DNA of 64,000 bases from IMG/VR virus record IMGVR_UViG_2891407665_000020; one strand, written 5' to 3'. The DNA is from an uncultured virus (IMG/VR IMGVR_UViG_2891407665_000020). Its lineage: Duplodnaviria > Heunggongvirae > Uroviricota > Caudoviricetes. Shown piece after piece: positions 57,768 to 64,000 of the stretch; position 1 is the stretch's first letter, and every line of letters starts with the position of its first letter. The notes under the pieces were generated by a model that saw only the letters and a program-made list of their open reading frames with translations, was not told the DNA's origin and searched no databases. The translations under genes and the position numbers were made by a program.

Positions 57768-58748
57768 ATGGTTTATCCAATTAGCGTGCATAAGCAAGCA
57801 CAGAAGGCTGGAAAGGTCACACAAGGTGATATGATGCGCTTTGGCACGACCCTTTTTATTATGTTGTCTGTTGGGTTATTCTTCCTCTTACAGTGGATTC
57901 TAAAAGTGTATCTTGGGGCTAGTATGTGGCTGGCGCTGTTAATCACCTTGTTAATAGCAGCAATTATAGGAAGCGTGTTACTTCGGTATTTTGTTTTTGA
58001 CGAACCTACCAGGGTGCAGGAATACGAAAATCAGAGCAATGACTCTTTTGCAAAATATGTTTTTACGCGCAAAGACATTGTTAATCCCATTGACGTACAT
58101 GGGGAAGAATGCCAGTGTTTTGAATTTACCGATGGGTCACAGGTATGCGTGCTGCAATTCCGGTACGGGAGTAATGATGATACAAAAGCAGCAGAGACCC
58201 TCAGACAGCTGGAAAAATGCTTCGCCGTACTAGGTGAGGAGAATATGCCATTCAGGACTATCAGTATGCGTGAGGACTTCAGTGACTCTGTAGAATGCGA
58301 CAATATTATACGCCATTGCAATTCTATAGAAGACAAGAAGCTAGCCAGGCATCTACTGTCTGTGGCAAACAATGTGCTAACAGAAGTACAGCGCCAGGGG
58401 AATGTCATTACCTTATACCTTATGATATGCCCGAAGGCAAATTACCATTTAGCAGACCTTGAAGCTGTACTACGAAAGGTTTTCGCTGTACTACAGTCCA
58501 GCCCAAATGCATTCCGGAGTATCGAGTGCCTCAACCAGCAGCAGCTTCTGAAACTGTATAAAGATTTTTATGGATTGGAAACGATAGACCTTTCCACAAT
58601 GCGGGTATTAGAATTATCTAATGACACAAAGGAGAGTTTTGGTAAGGTAGTATCGCTTTACAAGATGCAAACGGAGTCTGGTAAGACGTTGGTCAATAAG
58701 GACGCTATACTTGGTAATTTCAGGACTAATACACGGGAGTGTAAATAG
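57768..58748 (+). CDS. PrgI/TcpE (VirB3-like) TM pair fused to a TrsD-like soluble domain
   Basis: Two N-terminal TMs, then a soluble domain ending ECLNQQQLLKLYKDFY, typical of proteins encoded just upstream of Gram-positive VirB4. Confidence 0.55.
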   Translation: MVYPISVHKQAQKAGKVTQGDMMRFGTTLFIMLSVGLFFLLQWILKVYLGASMWLALLITLLIAAIIGSVLLRYFVFDEPTRVQEYENQSNDSFAKYVFTRKDIVNPIDVHGEECQCFEFTDGSQVCVLQFRYGSNDDTKAAETLRQLEKCFAVLGEENMPFRTISMREDFSDSVECDNIIRHCNSIEDKKLARHLLSVANNVLTEVQRQGNVITLYLMICPKANYHLADLEAVLRKVFAVLQSSPNAFRSIECLNQQQLLKLYKDFYGLETIDLSTMRVLELSNDTKESFGKVVSLYKMQTESGKTLVNKDAILGNFRTNTRECK

Positions 58749-58752
58749 AAAT

Positions 58753-58792
58753 AGCACTGTTCAGCCTAAAAACTGGATAGTGCTTTATTATT
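58753..58792 (+). terminator. Hairpin / weak terminator
   Basis: AGCACTGTTCAG...CTGGATAGTGCT then TTATTATT. Confidence 0.5.
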
Positions 58793-58811
58793 AAAAATAA
58801 GGAGGATTTCT

Positions 58812-60161
58812 ATGATTAAGCTAATGATAGTTGCTGGCAGGCAGTCTGCAAAGCTGGCCGAACACCTAAACAAAACAGGGGCATTCAGGGCAGACTATGT
58901 GTACCATTCCCTTGCGCAAAACCAGGAAAAAATAAAAAATTCCATAATAAAGGTTGATAAGCTGTTATACATTTATCAGCCTGAGGAGGATAATGGGGTC
59001 ACTTCCATACGCGAGGATATGGTAATACTTCAAAAACTCATCATTTCCGATGAGTTCTTCAGCACGAATGAGGTGATTTTTATTCAGAAGAGCAGTTCTT
59101 TGTCCGAACAGGCAGCAGACTATTTTAATACGGTAATGAAAGAATGCACTGCGGCATTGCGCCAGGAAAGACACAAAAAGGCACAAATACTGTATAGCAT
59201 CGAGACTGTTGATGGCGTACTTAGCTTTCAGAGCATCCATAATTATCTGCTTGGCGTGACAGAAGCTGAAGATTTCCATAATACCATAGGTAAGGTATAC
59301 CGGTATGAGAAAGGGTCTGAGGCAACAACTGCTTATGTTGCAGCAGATACACGCAATAGTATAGTGGAGCCTTTTACTTTTGAGAATATTGATGATTATG
59401 AGAGGGCGCGGGATAACAGCATAAAGTTCGACCCCGGGCGTGTAGTACATGACAGTAAGGAAGATGAGCTAGAGACGATTGACTCCCCGGTATTCGGGAA
59501 GCTCCATATTAGCCGGGTATCGCCAGTTAAGAATACACTCCTATTGACCGGTGGCGATAAGACTGGGAAGAGTATGTGGGGTGCGGCACTTGCTGTGTCC
59601 TCTATGTCCGCTAAAGTACGGACATTCGTTCTTGACCTGACAGTATCAGGGAATATACGGAACACCTTCAAAAGCTTTGACACAGAATTTAGCGAAATTG
59701 ATATGTTATCGATGCTGCACCCTAACTCAGAGACTGAATCATTCATTACACTATGCAGGCCAACTGCTATAGAAATGGAGGTAGTTTGCGAGTTTTTGCA
59801 GCTGCTTTATAGGGAGGAGGTCTCTTCAAAGTTCGACCAAGTTCTTATCCTGGCTGACAGGGCTTCCCTGCCGGGCATAAAAAGGCACATACAGCCAAAC
59901 CTGAAAATGGTATTTTATTGTATGTTCCCACTAGAATGTGATTTGCCTAAAATCAAACAATCCATTCTTGAGTGTGGCGGCGCACTTTGCACTATTTTAT
60001 GCAGCAATGCACTACAGATTGGTGTTAAGGACAAATATCTTCATCCATCAGAGTTAAAACCACAGGCGCCACATGATGTTAAGGTAGTAGCCCCAATACA
60101 GTTTACAAATATGAATCTAGACAGCACATTGTACGAGAAATTAATGGGAGGTGATTGCTAG
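58812..60161 (+). CDS. Pseudo-receiver plus MinD/CpaE(TadZ)-like P-loop protein
   Basis: MIKLMIV receiver-like start; LLLTGGDKTGKS deviant Walker A; FVLDLT; FDQVLILAD. Confidence 0.6.
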   Translation: MIKLMIVAGRQSAKLAEHLNKTGAFRADYVYHSLAQNQEKIKNSIIKVDKLLYIYQPEEDNGVTSIREDMVILQKLIISDEFFSTNEVIFIQKSSSLSEQAADYFNTVMKECTAALRQERHKKAQILYSIETVDGVLSFQSIHNYLLGVTEAEDFHNTIGKVYRYEKGSEATTAYVAADTRNSIVEPFTFENIDDYERARDNSIKFDPGRVVHDSKEDELETIDSPVFGKLHISRVSPVKNTLLLTGGDKTGKSMWGAALAVSSMSAKVRTFVLDLTVSGNIRNTFKSFDTEFSEIDMLSMLHPNSETESFITLCRPTAIEMEVVCEFLQLLYREEVSSKFDQVLILADRASLPGIKRHIQPNLKMVFYCMFPLECDLPKIKQSILECGGALCTILCSNALQIGVKDKYLHPSELKPQAPHDVKVVAPIQFTNMNLDSTLYEKLMGGDC

Positions 60162-61462
60162 TGAATTTAGTGAAAAAAGATGCTGGCAGGGAGCAGGAAC
60201 TTTATATTATGTTAATTGACCGCTGGTGCAAGAACACCATCCGGGCAAGCATCTCTAACAGTATGCGAAGTAGGATTATCTTTATCAATGACTTTGTGGA
60301 AATCACTGAAGAGATACTGAGCAGGTCAAGGACTTTGTTCGTATTGGAGTCTTTTATGAACAACCATACGGCGGTTGCATTCTTGTCGCTTTACAAAAAG
60401 TTAATGGGTTTGGATATTATTTACCTTGGGTGTGATAGAGCGCTCTTTAGTAAAGTTTCCCCTATTTGCAGGGTTTATCCTTGCGATGTCACAGGGTTGA
60501 GCATGGAGTTGCTAGTCAGCGCTGCATACGATGACGAGTCTATGAAGAGCAAAGACTGTACAGACAATTACTATGAGGAAAGTAGAGCGTTTGCCAAGAG
60601 TCTGGTGGACAGCAGTTCCAGTGACGAAATAAGGAAACTGGCGTGCGACTTCCTTTCATTGGAAGATGAACGGGAGTCCCACTTAAGCAAGCGTATCAAG
60701 CTTGCTTCGGATTTATCAGATGCACTTACTGATAACAGCCGACTATTGGAAGAGAACAGAAAACTTGCCGAGGGGTATAAGAATATCCTCGCCGACTCCT
60801 ATAGCTTAAATCATGCATTGCGGGATTACGAAGGGATACTGTCAAAAGAGATGTACAAGAAAATTAACTTAAGTGAGTACCAAGACCGGCCGTTGATTTT
60901 ATACTTTAAGGAGTTTGAAGAGCTGCTTGGGTTTGATATGTTTATAAGTACGTTATACGAAATCTTTAGGATGCAGAATAAAAACTCAGTCAAAGTACTT
61001 ATGCTTTTTGATAGCTACACAGCAATGCGAATGCGTGTTCTCCCGGATTATTTTACGACACTGTACAATTCTTATAATACCAGGCAGGTTATACTTTGCG
61101 ATTTCCTTGCGAAGTCTGGAGATGCTTCCGGGGTATTGGATCAGCTGCTACGCAATAAGGAAAATCTGAACGTTCTTTTAATCTTTGACTGCAAAAGTTT
61201 ACCGGCCACGGTCCTTTCGGGGCAATACTTACAGTTCAATATTTGTCGGGACTGCAGACACCTTGCCGCCTACGATTTAGTGGACGAGAACACTATAGTG
61301 AATGGGCATGGCGGGGTTAATTACCTGGAGTTTGACCATGCGCAGTACGAAAGGGAACTTCCGAATTTTGTAAACCAGACTGAGAAATTTTTATACCTGT
61401 CCTCACAGCAGATTTACCAAAATATATTAACACTGACAAAATTATACAAAGACAGGATGTAG
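60161..61462 (+). CDS. Hypothetical protein (alpha/beta N-domain, coiled coil, alpha/beta C-domain) upstream of virB4
   Basis: About 433 aa; GGAGG precedes the GTG at 60161. Confidence 0.75.
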   Translation: MNLVKKDAGREQELYIMLIDRWCKNTIRASISNSMRSRIIFINDFVEITEEILSRSRTLFVLESFMNNHTAVAFLSLYKKLMGLDIIYLGCDRALFSKVSPICRVYPCDVTGLSMELLVSAAYDDESMKSKDCTDNYYEESRAFAKSLVDSSSSDEIRKLACDFLSLEDERESHLSKRIKLASDLSDALTDNSRLLEENRKLAEGYKNILADSYSLNHALRDYEGILSKEMYKKINLSEYQDRPLILYFKEFEELLGFDMFISTLYEIFRMQNKNSVKVLMLFDSYTAMRMRVLPDYFTTLYNSYNTRQVILCDFLAKSGDASGVLDQLLRNKENLNVLLIFDCKSLPATVLSGQYLQFNICRDCRHLAAYDLVDENTIVNGHGGVNYLEFDHAQYERELPNFVNQTEKFLYLSSQQIYQNILTLTKLYKDRM

Positions 61463-61473
61463 GGAGGTGTGCT

Positions 61474-63453
61474 ATGGCAAAGTTTTTTCTACTTTCTATG
61501 TATGCGGAGATTTTTGCAAATTGGGTAAGCGGGGGCAGACTTATAAACCGTGATAAAATTTCCGCACTTGGCCTGAAGTCGGTATACAATCAGTTTATCA
61601 CGCGTAATTGGATTACAAAAGCTTGGTGCATCACGGCGTTGCCCGTAGCATACGACCATAACTTACAAGAAGGGATACAGGCCAAGATGCGTGAGGCTTA
61701 TCCGCATGTGCGCACTATCACACACACCTATAATAAGCCCGTAAATGTGAATGTGAACTCACGTATCTATAAGCAGCTCATGGGCAGCATAACCTCCGCT
61801 TATGACGAGTATGCTTCCTATTTTTCGGAGTTAAGGGATGATGAGAAGTTGACTGGGAAAACCGGATATAATCCACAAACAGGGCGCAGATATTATATAA
61901 ACAAGGAACAGTTGCAGAAAATCAAGGAAAAACGCGATTCATACCATTATGTATACCGGGCAGTATCCTCTGGCAAGCAGATGTTTGAAACATACCTTTT
62001 TGTACAGGCGTCCGCAAAAACGCGACGCGAGCTTGAACGTTACGGAAAACGGTTAGTTGGCCTTTTGCAGCAGGATAAGATTTGCGTGCGTGAGATCAAA
62101 GGGAATATTGGGGAATATTTGTCTAACTTCTGCCCGGCGTCTTTCCAGCGTGGGAATATAAAAAATACTTCAAGTTTTCTCGTAGGCCAGGAAGCGCTTG
62201 CATTCCAGATGCCTTATAGGCTGAAAGGGCTTATTAACAGCTCTGGGATGCTCCTTGGTATGGACTGGCAGACCAGACTTCCGTTTGTGTATAACCCTTT
62301 GGAGACTCCGGATGGACAGGTCGTGCTTGTTGCCGGTCGTACAGGTTCAGGAAAGACTTACACTTGCTTTAATATTGCACAGCAGGGGATTGGTTATGGC
62401 ATACACAGTTCCGCTATAGACTTCAAAGGGCGAGAATGGTGCAAGCTTGCCGAGTTTGTAGACACGAAAGTGATTTCAATGGATGGGGCAGACCCAGTGT
62501 TTGTAAATACGTTGCGCTTGGACGACTTAAACTGCACAAAGGACAATTGCAAGGAGATGTTTAGCAACGCAGTGACCGGTACTGTGATGCTGTTATCACT
62601 TATGGTAGATTTACAGCCCAACGAAGGGAACGCTGTTGATTTGCATACCATACTTGAAAAAGCAACTATGAAGCTGTACAGCAGGGAAGGCGTGTTCCAG
62701 GACAACCCAGAAACATTTAGCAGGACAGCATCAATGACTTACCAGGACATAATTGATATTGTAGCCGATTTGGAAAGCACGGGAATTTATAATGAGAACC
62801 AGGTTAGGATTTGTAATTTAATTAAACTTAGGTGCTCAAATTACTTCTCCTCTGATGGGCGGTATAGCGACCTTATGCGGAATGAGGTAACCGTGGGGGA
62901 TATTCTTAACACGCCGCTCATTGTATATTCATTCAATAAAAACAGTAATGGCGAGCTTGATTTGCTTGACACCATTAAGGTATTTATGGTGCAGTTCCTA
63001 GATAGCAAAAAGCATGAGATTCGTAAACAGCAGCATTTGCATACATTTGCCTTCTATGAAGAGCTGCAGCGTTGCACCAGCTTCACTGTATTGCTCCGGT
63101 ATATAAGCAGCCGCGTAACAGGGTCAAGGAGTTCAAATGTGTCCGTGTTCCTTTTGCTTAATGCCATTTCGGCGCTTGATTCTGATGCAATGGCACAAAT
63201 ACGTTCTAATATTACAACTAAGATTATTGGGAAAGTGACAGAAGAAGATAAAAAGGTTTTAGTGGAAAAGTTCGGGTGTGGCGCCATTGAAAAGTATATT
63301 GACTTAATAATAGATACGTCAAGTGTTTTATACCGGAATTGTTTTGCCATCCAGTATGAAACAGGGCACAATATGGATAAGGCGCTATTTAAAACTATCC
63401 TCCCTGATTATATGTGGGAAAAGCTGAATACCAGGGATAGCGTGGGTATGTGA
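61474..63453 (+). CDS. virB4: VirB4-family conjugation ATPase
   Basis: GMLLGMD...PFVYNP, VLVAGRTGSGKT, AIDFKGREW, VNTL, FAFYEELQ, IRSNITTKIIG. Confidence 0.88.
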   Translation: MAKFFLLSMYAEIFANWVSGGRLINRDKISALGLKSVYNQFITRNWITKAWCITALPVAYDHNLQEGIQAKMREAYPHVRTITHTYNKPVNVNVNSRIYKQLMGSITSAYDEYASYFSELRDDEKLTGKTGYNPQTGRRYYINKEQLQKIKEKRDSYHYVYRAVSSGKQMFETYLFVQASAKTRRELERYGKRLVGLLQQDKICVREIKGNIGEYLSNFCPASFQRGNIKNTSSFLVGQEALAFQMPYRLKGLINSSGMLLGMDWQTRLPFVYNPLETPDGQVVLVAGRTGSGKTYTCFNIAQQGIGYGIHSSAIDFKGREWCKLAEFVDTKVISMDGADPVFVNTLRLDDLNCTKDNCKEMFSNAVTGTVMLLSLMVDLQPNEGNAVDLHTILEKATMKLYSREGVFQDNPETFSRTASMTYQDIIDIVADLESTGIYNENQVRICNLIKLRCSNYFSSDGRYSDLMRNEVTVGDILNTPLIVYSFNKNSNGELDLLDTIKVFMVQFLDSKKHEIRKQQHLHTFAFYEELQRCTSFTVLLRYISSRVTGSRSSNVSVFLLLNAISALDSDAMAQIRSNITTKIIGKVTEEDKKVLVEKFGCGAIEKYIDLIIDTSSVLYRNCFAIQYETGHNMDKALFKTILPDYMWEKLNTRDSVGM

Positions 63454-64000
63454 TGCGTAAAAAAGGTAACGGCTTTGGGAAATTTCTTCTGTCAATAATT
63501 CTAGCAACTTCCATGTTTTTTCTAGCAGCATTATCAGATCTTGATTCTTCAATGATGTACGTGCTCCTTGACCGCACAAGATTCAGCCCCGCCGGGATGT
63601 TATTTGATGGGCTACATGTATTCACAGAGGATGTGGAAGACAACAGCTCTAATAATGGTGCAGTGTCCTACGATGGGCTAAATTATGCTCTGATAGACCA
63701 GCTAAGCAATTCTTATGTCAAGAATCTGCTGAAATTATACCAATCATCAGCTTCAGGTGAGCTGGATAACTTTAAAAGCCATGTCACAGTGACAGGGCTT
63801 TTAACAACGCAGGTTTCCTCTACAGGGTATTATCCGAACACGGCGCTCCCCTTGTCTTATCTGCCTTTTGAGAACAATAAAGTCATTTGGGGGGAACCAT
63901 ACAAGGGCGTATCAAAGGATGATATGACGCTGCGTACTTTTGGTACGCAGCAGTACCGGAAGATTGGCGGGGAGGAATATAACCAGCTGATGAATGAGAA
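63453..64000 (+). CDS. Secreted/membrane protein, 3'-truncated by the window edge (not in the ORF track)
   Basis: TGATG coupling to virB4; MRKKGNGFGKFLLSIILATSMFFLAAL signal/TM; frame open to the end of the window. Confidence 0.75.
   Translation, partial: MRKKGNGFGKFLLSIILATSMFFLAALSDLDSSMMYVLLDRTRFSPAGMLFDGLHVFTEDVEDNSSNNGAVSYDGLNYALIDQLSNSYVKNLLKLYQSSASGELDNFKSHVTVTGLLTTQVSSTGYYPNTALPLSYLPFENNKVIWGEPYKGVSKDDMTLRTFGTQQYRKIGGEEYNQLMNE

Larger units (their letters stand above)
1..64000 (+). mobile_element. Backbone segment of a giant conjugative extrachromosomal element (megaplasmid/ICE-like)
   Basis: All long ORFs are co-oriented. Divergent replication genes, VirB4 and a pilus ATPase co-occur, while host housekeeping, rRNA and virion genes are absent. 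Element ends are not in the window. Confidence 0.75.

Noticed and set aside
63453..63540. Type IV prepilin leader (KKGNG|F)
   Set aside because: No Glu at +5 (FGKFL); better explained as an ordinary signal peptide or TM helix.
960..63643. Numerous short minus-strand and nested plus-strand ORFs in the track
   Set aside because: All overlap longer + strand genes that have RBSs or motifs, and none has a recognisable motif; treated as shadow ORFs.
1..64000. Jumbo phage interpretation, or an alternative genetic code
   Set aside because: No terminase, portal, capsid or tail motifs were seen while VirB4 and a PilB-like ATPase are present. Genes are intact and densely packed in code 11 using all three stop codons. 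Phage genes outside the window cannot be excluded.
1..64000. CRISPR arrays, tRNA/rRNA genes, IS elements, iteron arrays
   Set aside because: Intergenic gaps are under 200 bp, and I saw no spaced repeats, cloverleaf or transposase motifs by eye.

Overview
A 64-kb stretch of about 55 tightly packed genes, all on the + strand, many overlapping or translationally coupled. It contains no rRNA, tRNA, CRISPR array, IS element, capsid/terminase gene or ordinary metabolic gene. The recognisable proteins are very divergent homologs of bacterial information-processing and secretion genes. This points to the backbone of a giant conjugative extrachromosomal element (megaplasmid-like), probably from a Clostridia-type Firmicute (inference from SLH-like, Cna-B-like and lipoprotein signals). 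Modules: (1) A self-encoded replication/repair set: family-A polymerase with separate DEDDh proofreading and 5'-3' exonuclease genes, a DnaN-like clamp, DnaX- and HolA-like loader subunits, a TOPRIM-only primase, UvrD, RecJ, and a split SbcC with SbcD. (2) A minimal type-VII-secretion-like locus: a membrane coiled-coil protein with a degenerate FtsK domain, two WXG100-sized helical proteins, an 838-aa unknown and an FtsK/EssC ATPase. (3) A candidate transcription module: a degenerate sigma70-like protein and an RNA polymerase alpha N-terminal-domain homolog that lacks the alpha-CTD. (4) A type IV pilus-like set (PilB-type ATPase, PilM/N/O-like). (5) A Gram-positive T4SS region (giant SLH/Cna surface protein, polytopic membrane proteins, PrgI/TrsD-like, VirB4). 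All calls come from motif recognition by eye; no database search was run.
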